Below are positions 13,232-26,765 of a DNA stretch of 64,000 nucleotides, in pieces. The DNA lies in assembly GCA_951406725.2 (NCBI GenBank), contig OX597821.1, positions 14,446,001 through 14,510,000 of the forward strand, given 5' to 3'. How positions within the stretch are numbered: position 1 is the stretch's first letter; every line of letters starts with the position of its first letter. The position numbers and the translations under genes were made by a program. The notes below the pieces were generated by a model, which saw nothing but the letters and a program-made list of their open reading frames with translations, did no database searches and had not been told where the DNA came from. This DNA comes from Octopus vulgaris. Lineage: Eukaryota.

Positions 13232-14197
13232 AGAGAGAGTAAGTTAGAGAAGAAGTAAGAGAGAGAATGTGTGGGAGAGCGAGAGAGAGAAAGAGAGAAC
13301 TGGCTAATAATCAAAGTATTTATGAATTGATAGGCTGTTGCAGAGTACTCTGGCCACCAGAGATCAGTGCTTTTGATACACTAGACAAATTACTTTCTAT
13401 TGATTACTAAACTGCTAATCAATATTATAGATTTTGAGTCTTTTAAAATTCAATTCTAATTCTATCTTTTACTCTTACTATTCACATCAAACAATTTTGT
13501 TAATATATATCAGAAGTGTGAATAATATATATCATGATTGCAGATAATACATACCACATCTGTGAATAATATATAAAACAGCTGTGAATTTACTTCTGAT
13601 CTGATATTTCCAGTTTGATTTAATTAAATTACAGGTCTTAAACTACTTTTTTACAAAATAGTAGATAATTTGAATTCCAGATTAGCAGTTTTGTAAAGCA
13701 ACTCTATTGTATTATTCCTGATTGGTACCTCATTAACAGCTGCTAAAAGCTCTAATTTAAAAGAAAAACACACACACATATACTCTCTTTCTCTCTCTCT
13801 CTCTCTATGCAACTAATAACTTATTCAAAAAAAAAAAAACAAAAAAAAAACTCATAGCGATTTGCTTTCATATGTCTTTCCTACCTTCCTGTTTGTTAAA
13901 ATATTTTTTCCTTTCACTTTCTTTTTCCATAATCAAATAAACAGTATAATTATAAAAACCATAGTTGCTGATGAGATTCAATCAAATTGAAATGGTAGCT
14001 GTATATGAATAATAATAACTTTATAGTTGAAATGACTCCATTCCATCAAACTCAGGATTGCTTAACATAAAAAAAAATTCTCTGGCTGGACTACTCTTTC
14101 CCTTACAAAAGAAATAAGTGACCAATGAACCAACAATATATCATACATTCTAAAAGAGTAATTGTTATATATAGAAATACTGATCAATTTTAATTTT

Positions 14198-14519
14198 CAT
14201 TATATACATTTGACGGATATTTGTCCTCATCTTGTATGTTGTTAACACATTTCGGCTAATATATACCCTCCAGCCTTCATCAGGTGTCTTGGGCAAATTT
14301 CGAACCTGGGTTCTTATTCCTAAGGTATTTTTCATTGTTGTTGTTATTATCATTATTATTATTATTGTTATTATTATTCAAGTCACTACTTGGAATCAAG
14401 CTCAGAATCTTAGGGTTAGTAGCCTGTTCTCTTAACCATGACACCATATGCCCAAGGGCGTAGTGGTTAAGAGCACGGGCTACTAATCCCTAAATTCCGA
14501 GTTCGATTCCAGGCAGTGA

Positions 14520-14588
<69 letters not shown>

Positions 14589-14786
14589 CAACAACAACAA
14601 CATCATCAAAAATTACCTTAAGAATGAGAACTCAGTTTTGAAATTTCCTCAAGACACCTAATGAAGGCTGGAGGATATATCAACCAAAATGTTGTGTTAG
14701 CAACAAACAAGATGAGAACAAATATCTGTCAAATGTAAATAATGTAAATAATGTACATAATTCCTCATCTCTTAAATATAGAACTG
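14198..14786. mobile_element. Palindromic element with head-to-head tRNA-like Pol III heads, (AAT)n spacers and distal HHR motifs
   Basis: Arms 14198-~14445 and ~14457-14744 are reverse complements. A box GGCGTAGTGGTTAAG (14457-14471), B box GAGTTCGATTCC (14499-14510). HHR-like motifs at 14244-14288 (-) and 14653-14698 (+). Confidence 0.8.
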
Positions 14787-14992
14787 AATTTTCATTTAGT
14801 TTAAAATGACAAAAAAACTTTCCTTCATGAAATAATTTTGGTCAGTTAAATGAATGTTAATCAGACAGTTCTACTGCCTCTCAGATATTACCAATATGCT
14901 TAAAGGTAACCCAAAATATCTTTGTTCCATTATCACAGAAACTAAAATCTGAAGCCTGCACAGACCTTATGATCATAAACTTAATGAATATA

Positions 14993-15420
14993 GGCGCAGG
15001 AGTGGCTGTGTGGTAAGTAGCTTGTTTACCAACCACATGGTTCCGGGTTCAGTCCCACTGTGTGGCACCTTGGGCAAGAGTCTTCTACTATAGCCTCGGG
15101 CCGACCAAAGCCTTGTGAGTGGATTTGGCAGACGGAAACTGAAAGAAGCCCATTGTATATATGTATATATATATATGTGTGTGTGTGTTTGTTTGTGTGT
15201 CTGTGTTTGTCCCCCTAGCATTGCTTGACAACCGATGCTGGTGTGTTTATGTCCCCGTTACTTAGCGGTTCGGCAAAAGAGACTGATAGAATAAGTACTG
15301 GGCTTACAAAAGAATAAGTCTCGGGGTCGATTTGCTCGATTAAAGGCGGTGCTCCAGCATGGCCGCAGTCAAAAATGACTGAAACAAGTAAAAGAGTAAA
15401 AGAGAGTAAAGCGAAAGAGT
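14993..15420 (+). mobile_element. tRNA-derived SINE, family A
   Basis: Head GGCGCAGGAGTGGCTGTGTGGTAAG...GGTTCAGTCCC, internal (TA)/(TG) tract, tail (GTAAAAGA)n; many copies in the window. Confidence 0.9.
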
Positions 15421-15569
15421 ATGTAATTAAATGATTACAATGAATCACCAAGAAAAGAATCTGCCTTGCTATCCTCCAGAGCAAAGCCTTTTCCATTCTG
15501 TCTGCTGGTGCCATAAGAATTGTTGAACTATGACATAGTTGTGTCTACAGTAAATTGGTATGTGGATGC

Positions 15570-15983
15570 ACTCTTTACTCTTTTACTCTTTTACTTGTTT
15601 CAGTCATTTGACTGCGGCCATGCTGGAGCACCGCCTTTAGCCGAGCAACTCGACCCCGGGACTTATTCTTTGTAAGCCCAGTACTTATCCTATCGGTCAC
15701 TTTTGCCGAACCGCTAAGTGACGGGGGACATAAACACACCAGCATCGGTTGTCAAGCAATGCTAGGGGGACAAACACAGACACACAAACATACACACACA
15801 TACATATATATACATATATACGACAGGCTTCTTTCAGTTTCCGTCTACCAAATCTACTCACAAGGCCTTGGTCAGCCCGAGGCTATAGTAGAAGGCACTT
15901 GCCCAAGGTGCCACACAGTGGGACTGAACCCAGAACCATGTGGTTGGTAAGCAAGCTACTTACCACATAGCCACTCCTGCGCC
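15570..15983 (-). mobile_element. tRNA-derived SINE, family A (tail-to-tail with the 14993 copy)
   Basis: Reverse complement of the 14993-15420 copy. Confidence 0.9.
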
Positions 15984-16329
15984 TATATGCACTCATGCAT
16001 AAACAACAGTTATCATTACATCAACAATAAATGTACAACTGTTGTCTGTGTAAAGTAGTTTTAAACCAAAAAACGGGAAATTCTGGAGAAATGTTTAACT
16101 TAAGAACCACAAATGAAAGACCTCTAGACATGAATCAAATGTTTACATATTCTTTATAGAGTATACCAACATATTTGACTAAGTAAAAATGCCAAGTATA
16201 ATGTGTATTTTATAGCTGAAGCTCAGGAACATGAAATATAGACCTCAAAATAATAATAAGAATGTTCTGAAATTAAAGAGCAGTGGTAAGAACAGAAGGG
16301 AAAAACACTTCAGAAATTAGAACTAGGAA

Positions 16330-17162
16330 AGGAATTACGCAAAACTGGGAACTGAGGTCCTTCAGAGAAGTTGAAATCATGACAGTAGTATTAATATGAG
16401 GTATGAACATCAACAGCCTTAGTTAAGGAGACAATATATCCTTATTAACTTTCAATGGAGACCACCTACAAAGTCAGGTAACTACAGCAAATGGTAAAGA
16501 AATATCCATATGAAATGTGAAGTAAACAAAGTTGCCAAAAAGTAAACATCACTACTGCAGGAAAGTCAACTGAACAGGTATCAAAGGCAATATACTTGAG
16601 ATATATGCAATTAGAAAATAGAAAAAAATATGAACTAGAAATCAAAAAGCAGGATTGAGATGGCTGGAAAGTCATTTGAAATAATGTCAAACATAGTAAC
16701 ATCAAGAAACATTAATATCAAACATAGGAAGAGATTATTAAAAAGTTATGTATAGTCTACTCTAGTAAATGGAGCTGAAACATAGACATCAACAAAAGTA
16801 GTATAAAAATATCTTACAAGCTTTTGAGATGTGGACATTTAGAAGACTTGAAAATATCATGGACTGAAGACAAATCCAATAATAAGATAGCAAATTTAAG
16901 ACATTTTATTAGAGACCATCAAAAAGAGAAACCTAAAATATTTTGGACACTTAATTAAGTTGGTGGTGGTAGGGGGGATGGGTGGGGGTGGCAGATGACT
17001 GGGAAATGGAAGAAGAGAGAAAACCAAGAATTAAAGGAATGGATAACATAAAAAATTGAACTGATTTAAAATACAATGAATGCATAAGGACATTTAAGAA
17101 AGAGTGAGATGACAAGCCATGTTATTCAACCTGCTGTGAATAGACAATACCTAAATGATGAT
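16330..17162 (+). mobile_element. Degenerate RTE-like LINE 3' fragment
   Basis: Broken translation resembles the RTE RT C-terminus (..STL.NGAET.T.., AFEMWTFRRL.ISWTE) with many stops; boundaries approximate. Confidence 0.6.
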
Positions 17163-17829
17163 GGCAATTCAACTCTGAGGGAGAGAGAAAAAGAAAGGAA
17201 AAAGAAGGGAAAAAGTGAGAGATACAGAAAGGAGAATGAAGTGGAAGAAAAGTTAAGAAGCTTTTAATCAGTAACTGTGATATCATTGTTTCAAATTGTA
17301 TTGATATGTTAATTACAGATAAAAGTTATAGGCTGGGAAGCTGGCTAAGAAATGAGTAAGTGTAATGATGCTTGATTTTTAAGTGGACCTGCTTCATATG
17401 GTAATGGCTCTCGTGTGTTTTAATTTTATATCCCATCAATTATGCTGTCTTGTATCTTTCAACAAATGACTAAATACTGCCCTGATGTACAACAGTTACT
17501 GAAGGTGATAAAAGAATAAAAAGACTGTCAAACTAGTTGGATATTTAATGATTGGTTGGTTTACAGAACAGAAATAAAATTCCCTCATAGGAAAAATAAA
17601 ATAAACAGGATTTACATAATATAATTGTAATCCTTTGTTTCAATAGCTATATAAAATATTGTGAATTCAAATTACTATTCTTCTTCAAGTCAGATACCCA
17701 TAGACTTTAGCCACCAAAAACAATATATATTTGCAAGAATGAGAATGACAACAATAACAACGATATCTACTACACAATGGCTACCAACATCATCATCATC
17801 ATCATCACCATCATTAGTGGAATGACAAT

Positions 17830-18280
17830 ATCATCATCATCATCATTGCTTAACGTCTGCTTTCCAATCTGATCTGGCAGAGTTTCTACAGCTGGATGTC
17901 CTTCCTAATGCCAACCACTCCGAGAATGTAGTGGGTGCTTTTATGTGCCACTGGCACGAGGGCTAGTAAGGTGGTACTGGCAACGGCCATGCTGAAATGG
18001 TGTTTTTTATGTGCCACCTGCACATGAACCAGTCCAGCGGTACTGACAACGACCTTGCTCGACTGTTTTTTCACATGCTACTGGCACAAGTGCCAGTAAG
18101 GTGATGCTGGGAACGATCACGCTTGAATGGTGCTTTTTATGTGCCACCAGCACTGAAGCCAGTCAGCTGCTCTGGCAATGATCATGCTCAGATGGTGCTC
18201 TTAGTGCTCCACTAACACGGATGCCAGTCATCGAATTTGATTTCGATCTCGATTTCACTTGCCTCAACAGGTCTTCGTAA
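17830..18280 (-). mobile_element. Family C repeat with diverged ~61-bp internal units
   Basis: (CAT)n end, ctggatgtccttcctaatgccaaccactcc core and repeated ggtgctttttatgtgcca units. Confidence 0.8.
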
Positions 18281-18669
18281 GTGAAAAAGTAAAATTATAA
18301 CAGCAATTTCGTCAAGGTATTCCAACTCTGAATCTTAATATTCTAGATTTCAAGAATGACAAGAGAAACAAATTAAAGATATGGAGTAACAGTAAAGAAA
18401 AGTATATCCCTAATTTTGCCTTTCAATTTTCTGTATTTTTGAATAGATAACCCTTAAATTTAAATTCTGGTTAAATTTCTAGCCTCATCCACCACAAAAG
18501 TTACTACTAACAAAACCGTAACATTTCAAGTTCTAGTTTCTATTACTTTGTCCTTGATTGAATAAAATAGAATTGACCCAAAAATTTAGGCTTAAAAACA
18601 AAAAGGATCAAGAAAAATAAAAATTAAAGGTTAACTTTGCTTTCAAAGACTTCCAAACTATAGAATCCT

Positions 18670-18980
18670 GGCACTCCATCGGTTATGAAGATGAGAGTTC
18701 CAGTTGATTCAATCAACAGAACAGCCTGCTCATGAAATTAATGTGCTAGTGGTTGAGCACTCAACAGACATGCATACCCTTAATGTAGTTTTCAGGGAGA
18801 TTCAGTTTGATACAGAATGTGACAAGGCCGACCCTTTGGATTATAAATACAATTCATTTTTGCCAGATGAGTTGACTGGAGCCACATGAAATAAAGTGTC
18901 TCACTCAAGGACATACTACGCCACTGGGAATCGAACTCATGACCATACACTCATGAGCCTAACCACTAAGCCACATGCCT
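18670..18980 (-). mobile_element. Diverged tRNA-derived SINE related to family B
   Basis: Shares the family B 3' part (aacagaacagcctgctcatgaaattaa); B-box complement gggaatcgaactc. Confidence 0.7.
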
Positions 18981-20075
18981 AGACTAACATAGAATGGGGT
19001 AAATATGGATAATGGTAATATTGGAGGAGATTACAGTGTTAACAGCAATTGCTGTGATGTTAATGATAGTGATAAGATTTATATTTAAATATAGTCAATG
19101 TTTTTGGCAGTTATTCCAAATGAAACCCATGAAAAAACAAAATCTCTTTAAAATGCACTTTTAAAATGAAGTTTAAAATCTTTACACGCTGTCATTTTAT
19201 CTTTACAGTTGTTATTAATTATGTGTGATAATATCAATATAAAGTGTGACTGACATTGATGTAAGATAGTGGGATTTATTGCTCGTAAGCCAAGAACAAG
19301 AAAATAATTGCAGACATTGTTTTGTATCACTTTGCAAAGCATTTAATTATGTTCAGCTAATGCTACATGTCAAATTAAGAAATCATTATTTTCTTGATCT
19401 TCGTGGACTAATTAGAAACCAGCAGTGGTATTCACTCAGTCTCACCCATATTTATTAAGGCCTGAAATAAATACTCTTACATGATTTCACTATATTTTTG
19501 GATAAGTTGCTTTCAAGCGATGCAGGCAATGTTCAGTTGATCAGAGAATATTGATTCTCACAGAAATGTTGCATTCAATCCTGCTCAAAGTTGAACTTAT
19601 TAAAAAAGACACACAAAAAATTAAATAGATAAACAAATTTGATATAATCACAGACAAGAAATTCATTTTTCAGTCTTGTGTTTCAGGTTCAGTCCCACTG
19701 TGCCACACCAGGGGCTAATGCCTTCTACTATGGTCTCAAGTCAACCAATAACTAGTGAATGAATTTGATTGATGGAAACTATGTAGAAATCCATCATTAA
19801 AACCAATACTTTTAGTTCTTGGTACTTTCTTGAATTTAGTCAACTGATCTCTATTTATCTCCATTGAAATTTGCTTCTAATACAGTTGCATTTTATCTTT
19901 GGTTTTATTTACTTCCTTGTTTTGAGTTTTATGTCACCTTTGAGGTACACCTGTGTCATTATCTTGCTACAGGTGTTTTATATCACAACCATTTATCTTA
20001 TGTTCTGTAATAATTAGAGTTACTCCCATCAAACAAAATTTCAATTTCATGATATTAAATCACTACAACACCAAA

Positions 20076-20470
20076 TCTTTATATATAAAAGTGAGGTTGT
20101 GTGCTGTCTGTCTCCTACGATTTAGATTCCGAACTACTCCCACATTTTGCGGTGCAGTTTAACCAAAACCGGGTATCTTATAGTCATGATTCATATCGAG
20201 CCCTTCTGGGTATTAGCGCATGTCTATGATGAGTCTACAATTTAAAAATAAATTTATCATCAATTTTTCCCATTTTTAATGCATTTTTGGCATATATAAT
20301 GGAAGTAACTCTCTAAAAATTTATTGTTAAATCTCAGAACGTAAAAAGCTACAGTAACACCCCTCTTTGTGGTTAGCCATATTGAGATGGCTATTATACT
20401 TTACATCTCTAAAAATGCTTATATAGTTATTTCCCTTACAAACCCGAGCAACGCCGGGCGATACTGCTAG
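20076..20470 (+). mobile_element. Non-autonomous Helitron
   Basis: A|TC...cccgagcaacgccggg...CTAG|T. Confidence 0.9.
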
Positions 20471-21062
20471 TTAGTCATATTTTAGTAAGTATTCTAGCTT
20501 TCATTCTCCAAGTTTTTATTAATTTTAATTATTAACTATAAAAATGACTATTTAGTTGCATTACCTTGATAATATTTCTTTTTTCTTATATTTAATTATT
20601 TTTAACCTTCAAATTCAATAGAAATACAATTAAACATTATGAGAACAAATTCTGAATTATGAAAACAAATTCTCTTTTTGTTTGGAACCTATATAAAAAT
20701 AACACACATACTAATGGAGAAAGAATTTTTAATCAGAGTAGAAACTATGATATTAAACCCAGATCTACTTCAGTGAAGACCCATATGATTATTGTCTTTG
20801 CATTTAACAGCTAAGCAGGCAAAAATGATGATCTAGATGAATGATTCCAAACTTTAATTGTGGAGGAGAAAACTAGGTTCATAGCTGCTGAAAACCCTCT
20901 CAGCTCTCTAAGAATAGAATAGTGTAAGATGTTTCCCTATATAAGACATTTTACTACAGAATATTAAAAGAAGAAGAGCCAACTGATATTTCCTTACCAA
21001 AGATGACAACCATTTTCATGAGATACAATAAAGACAGGAATGTTGTTTAAGATGTATAAGTT

Positions 21063-21203
21063 TCATCATCATCATCGTTTAACGTCCGCTTTCCATGCTA
21101 GCATGGGTTGGACGGTTCAACTGGGGTCTGGGGAGCCCGAAGGCTGCACCAGGCCAGTCAGATCTGGCAGTGTTTCTACAGCTGGATGCCCTTCCTAACG
21201 CCA
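21063..21203 (-). mobile_element. Family C repeat, 5'-truncated
   Basis: catcatcatcgtttaacgtccgctttccatgctagcatggg... as in the other copies. Confidence 0.8.
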
Positions 21204-23678
21204 TTAGACATAAAAAAGTGTATACATTATAAAGCTGTTCCTTCCTGCACAAAAATGATGGGATGATAGTGGTGTTCCTAGTGATTTTATACATAACTAT
21301 TTTGATAGCATCTACAAATAATAATAATAATAATCTTTGACAAAGTTAAAAAATCTAAATGATAAAAAATATCCAAATGTGGATTTTGTTAATAAGATTA
21401 TAATATTTCAGGCCATCAATTGAATCTTCAAAGATGTATACATTTTCAATGTTCAGATCTATACTACATCCTAACCTGTCTGATTCCTGACTCTCACAAG
21501 ACATCTTACTGGGTGTGTGCATAGTACTGAACTGATCCCTGCATCAGTGGCTGAGTAGATAAGGACAGTGTTTAGGAACAGAGGTTCCTAGTTCAAAGCT
21601 AGTCAGATACTATGTACACATCCAAGAGGAATAAGACAACCAGTGATGAATGGAGATAAAAACTAATTGAAAAATAGTGCAGATAGAAATACTAAAAATT
21701 CCTTACATCTCCAAAGATAAGGTCAATAGCTTGAAGAATTATTTAGCTAATTTACAAAGTTTTATAGATCTATTTATGTTGGCTAGGTTATCAATTTTAG
21801 GAGTGGAGATATTGATTAAATTCTAAAGATGTGATGCAAAGGCATAAGGAATGAATGTCTAGGATTACCCAGTCCTAACATAGACCTTGTTTTAGGCATT
21901 CTCTGCTGCTTATACTCACTCTTCCCTAGTTATAATTCCAGCATTATATAAACTCAATACTTGCTGTAACAATTTTATTGAATTTCTGAGAAGGTGAAAT
22001 ATACACTACTCTGTCAATAGTAAAACAGCAGAAGGTTGAGAGTTTGCTTGACTTGTAGTAATATTGTTGTTTGGCAGTTGTCCTTCTGAAGGAAGTGAAA
22101 TAATCTGCAGGAACAAACTACAATAATAAAGTCAAAATCAAAATCACACTTGGCATGAGATGTTTATTAGTTTTCCTAAATATTTGATGAATTATCTTTT
22201 GTGATCTAGAACTGCTCAGCTAAAGCTGATTCGCTAGTATGCCCAGCAACAATTCATAGAGATTCTTACTTGTGATATGGTTTATACTATGAAAGATATT
22301 CACCTATAAAAATAGTTTCTCTAGAAACACAAGAGTTTCTAATTCATGCTATGACGTGAGGGAAAATAACAAAAGGATAAAAGGGAAAATATTCATTATA
22401 TATCTATACATATTCTACTTGCGAAGTCATTTATAAGAAAATGTTTAACTAGACAGATATCTAAGAACAATTAATTCACATCTGATGAACAAGCTAATAC
22501 AACCTGGCTAACTGAATATTTTAAGTCTGACCAAATACAAAAATTGGCAGAGGTCAAAATATGTTAGCAGTCACAAATTAATTTTCTACAGTCATCAAAA
22601 TGACATAAAGAAACATTGATAACATTATGGTTACAGAAGCCTCTTTGAATGTAAAAGAGTCAGGAAAAAAGTCTATATCATATTGACATGAGACTAATTG
22701 ACTTCGAAAATAGAGCCAAAAACACCAATAATCATACTAAACATGTTTACTGAGCATCTCACTCAATACCAAAGAGGGCATGAATTTTCCATGAAATTTT
22801 AAAGTCTGGATTTTAATTCTGTTTTTATTAACAACATCCTCTGGAAAACAAACGAAAAAAAAAAGCACAATACAAACTTGGAGTAAATTTCACATCTGGA
22901 AATATATTCAGCAGTAGATTCATACATATTACATATTGGGTAAATTTTGATGATGATGATGAGGAAGGGGAGGAGGGGTGGATTAGGGATAAGGATATAT
23001 TATACTATAATGAGAAAAGAAGAAAGGATAATATGCAAGAAGAGTTTCTAAATCTCAATTCCAGGTGTCTCAGCCCTCCTTTCCACAGAAAGAAACCTGG
23101 CAATCTGTCTCCTACCTGTTTTCCAGTTAACTTCTCATACTCAACTTACATTCAATAAATTCTTTCAGTTATTACCTGAATAAAGGACTAGTTGACATAT
23201 ATGATGAAAATGAAAGGTAAATAGAAATTTATGACATACAGGACAACTGAGTGTTTCTACATAACAGTTAGCTGTAAACTATAAATCTAGTCTGTAGCTG
23301 GAACAAAGAATCATCCAGCAGGAAGAGGACAGTGGTGGAAGGTTAGAGTAGCAAGGTAGAGCCAAGCTAAAAATCTTGAAAATAAAGAAATAAATGGCAA
23401 GTAAATAACAATATCAGGTGACTAGAAAGGAAGTTAGACTTCAGTATACATAGCAAGGATAAAAACTGAAAGTTACAAGTTTGCCAATCTTCTATGATGA
23501 GAAAATTAGAGATGAGGTATTCCTGGTTGCAAAGTAGTGTGTTATGTCAGTGCAAATCAAGAAGTTGGGGAAAAGTGATAATGGAACATTAGCTGGGTAC
23601 TTGACCTCATTGACACTAAGAAGAAAAGAAAGCGGTATAGAAATGTTATTTTGAGAAATTGCTGAATAAAGAGAAAGC

Positions 23679-23723
<45 letters not shown>

Positions 23724-23936
23724 TGAGAATGTTCTAAGAAGACCCAAGAGAAAAACCAGCTAATGAAGTTAACAAAACTGCACAATGTTACAAAACGTGA
23801 TTAAGGTTATGAAACCAGTAAAAAGCAGTGGGACCATCAGCGATAGTTGCTTACATGCTGAGAATATCTGGTGAAGTCTGCCATGTGCTAGTCAGCCCTC
23901 ATCAAGAAAACATAATCAAAGGTATTCCAGTAGAGA

Positions 23937-24462
23937 TCATCATCATCATCATTTAGCGTCCGTTTTCCATGCTAGCGTGGGTTGGACGGTTCAACTGGGG
24001 TCTGTGAAGCCAGAAGGCTGCATCAAGCCCAGTCTGATCCGGCAGTGTTTCTACGGCTGGATGCCCTTCCTAACGCCAACCACTCCGCGAGTGTAGTGGG
24101 TGCTTTTTACGTGCCACCCGCACAGGAGCCAGACAGAGCTGGCAAACGGCCAAGAACAGATGGTGCTTTTAAGTGCCACCGGCATGGAGGTGAGGCGAGG
24201 CTGGCAACGGACACGAATGGATGGTGCTTTTACGTGCCACCGGCACGGGGGCCAGGCAAGGCTGGCAACGGACAAGAACGGATGGTGCTTTTACGTGCAA
24301 CCGGCATGGGGGCCAGGCGAGGCTGGCAACGGACACGAACAGATGGTGCTTTTATGTGCCACCGGCACGGGGGCCAGGCGAGGCTGGCAACGGACACGAA
24401 CGGATGGTGCTTTTACGTGCCACCGGCACGGAGGCCAGTCGGGGCAGTGCTGGCAACGATCA
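23937..24462 (-). mobile_element. Family C repeat with ~6 tandem 61-bp GC-rich units
   Basis: gatggtgctttt recurs at 24159, 24220, 24281, 24342 and 24403 (61-bp period). Confidence 0.9.
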
Positions 24463-24539
24463 TAATATAATTTTATTATGTGAAAAGAATCCAGAGCCAT
24501 ATTATCAAATGCATTATTTTTTTGAGAGACAAAGCAGCT

Positions 24540-24960
24540 AATTTTAGTAGGTCGAGGGAAAACATAGCAAATCCCTTGTTAACCAGGGAAATGTCATAAA
24601 CAATTAGAGTAGTAGAATCATCGTCTACCACAAGGCCTACAAGGCCAAGACTCTAGCAAGAAACGTCAAACACTAATGGATGAAATGATGAAAGTACGGG
24701 AAAAAGTTATCACATAACTAATTAGAAAGACAAATAGCTTAGATGAGATACAGTTTGTGCTTGTGTTAGGGCACTATGCTTCAACCAAATATGATGACTA
24801 CAGCAAAGGTTCTTAGCTTAGAATAAACCACTATACCTAACATTCATCAAACTATAGAAGCCCTATGACAGGATCCAATGTTCTGTAATCTGGTGGTTAC
24901 AAAGAAAAGTAGATGTAAGAGTTATAGAAACCATGATATGGCTATAAGTCATAATTAGTA
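24540..24960 (+). mobile_element. Degenerate LINE reverse-transcriptase fragment (RTE-like)
   Basis: Broken translation ..LDEIQF.., NKPLYLTFIKL.KPYDRI.CSVIWW resembles the RT motif LYLAFIDLEKAYDR. Confidence 0.6.
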
Positions 24961-26400
24961 ATGGTTGTTTTTATGTTTGTGTTTTTAACAACAAAATAAA
25001 AGTGTTTATTATTAAACCAAGTCATTATATAAGAATATAAAGCAACATAATAATCCCCTCTTGGCATTCAATCAAGTCCCCTAGCATCATGTTTAAAGAT
25101 ATCTGTAGAATTTATTTTATTATGGAAACAGCTCTCTGTATCTGTTTTTCTCACCCCTGTACACACACACACACACACATACATGAGTGTGTGTGTGTGT
25201 GATGGATTTGCTCCATCTTTCACTGTTGTCCAAGGATGAGAAAGACGAAACTTGGAGTAATGGCATAGGATAAAACTCTACAACATATATTGAGGGCATT
25301 TTTTTAATGCACCATGTCCATGCCATTTTTTCTCTCTCTCTCACACACTCTGAGGCATGTATATATGTGTGTGTTTGTGTGTGTGTGTGTGTTTATATAT
25401 ATATATATATAGATTGTAGTCAGATCAAAGCTCTGATAATCAGAGGTCGGTTACTGGTAACCAAACATTGGAAACTATTGCAACCTTCGGTAAATTTATG
25501 TTGTCAGAGATTAGATTTCAGTGGGATTAAAGATAGCACCTGTCTAGAGAGCAGATGACCTCAAGAGAATGTGCAAGCACAATACTCATAAACACACAAA
25601 CACACACAATATTTATTTTATGAATTTAAAACATTATGAAGTATAACTTGTAGATTATAAGTACTCAATTGAACTATGCTGTTGCTACCTGTGTCTCAAC
25701 TAAGAATTTTACACATTTCATCTAGGGGTATTTTTTCCAGGCCTGAAATTCTTTAAATACTTAAATTTATCTTAAATATTCAGTTTTAACAATATTCAAA
25801 TTTTCAATTAACTGATCTCTTCAGAATTAACTCCCTTGTTAGCTGATTTTAGAATTTTAGTGTTCCCATATGGAAATTCTTCCAATTGCATGTATAATTT
25901 CACTTAATGTTATATTCTACTTAATTTATACTTAATATACAATTTCCTCCACTCAGGTATTTTCTTTTGCCATATTGATAATATCTATTTCATACTATCT
26001 GGTTGTATCTGGTAAATATGCTTACCATACAACCATTTATTGAGCAAGCCTCTCATTATAGAAGGTGCTTCATAACATATATAGAATTAATAAATTATCA
26101 AGGGAAATCACTCTTAAAACATTTCTTTGTTTTTACAAGGGAGATGACTTCATGCTTCTGCTGAAATTTGAATTTTAATTATACATTTATCTTGCTTATA
26201 ATTCAAATATGCCTGTTGACACACCTGTGTTCAAAATTCAAGCCTGAATATTGCTTCTCAGATCAGTAGAAATAGCTGTTTCCCTCTTCTAGTCAGGAAC
26301 ATCGCAGATATAGCTGATATTGTAAAGTTTTTATGTATGCAAAAACTGTATCTACTGCTATATCTGTGTTATAGTTTAGAATCTTCAAGAACACACCTTT

Positions 26401-26765
26401 CATCATCATCATCATCATCATTTAGCGTCCACTTTCCATGCTAGCATGGGTTGAACAGTTCAACTGGGGTCTGTGAAGCCAGAAGGCTGCATCAGGCCCA
26501 GTCTGATCTGGCAGTGTTTCTAAGGCTGGATGCCCTTCCTAACACCAACCACTCCATGAGTGAAGTGGGTGCTTTTTACGTGCCACCCGCACAGGTGCCA
26601 GATGGAGCTGGCAAACGGCCACGGACGGATGGTGCTTTTTACGTGCGACCGGCACGGGGGCCAGGCCAGGCTGGCAACGGCCATGAACGGATGGTGCTCT
26701 TTACGTGCCACCGGCACGGAGGCCAGTCGGGGCGGCGCTGGCAATAGCCACGATTGGATGGTTCG
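26401..26765 (-). mobile_element. Family C repeat with ~3 internal units
   Basis: Homologous to 23937-24462. Confidence 0.85.

Noticed and set aside
13961-14005. CTGATGA-GATT...AATT-GAAA hammerhead-like motif
   Set aside because: No acceptable helix III/NUH arrangement compatible with helix I, and no partner arm; probably chance or too decayed.
14457-14520. Functional tRNA gene
   Set aside because: A and B boxes are present but there is no convincing acceptor stem, and it is embedded in a palindromic repeat. The same applies to the SINE heads.
14973-15970. Recurrent small ORFs (MLGGQTQTHK..., MVVIPAVLF...) that look like a gene family
   Set aside because: They are translations of SINE families A and B.
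24099-24462. CRISPR-like array with a palindromic repeat
   Set aside because: The intervening sequences are near-identical rather than unique spacers, there are no cas genes, and it lies inside a dispersed eukaryotic repeat.
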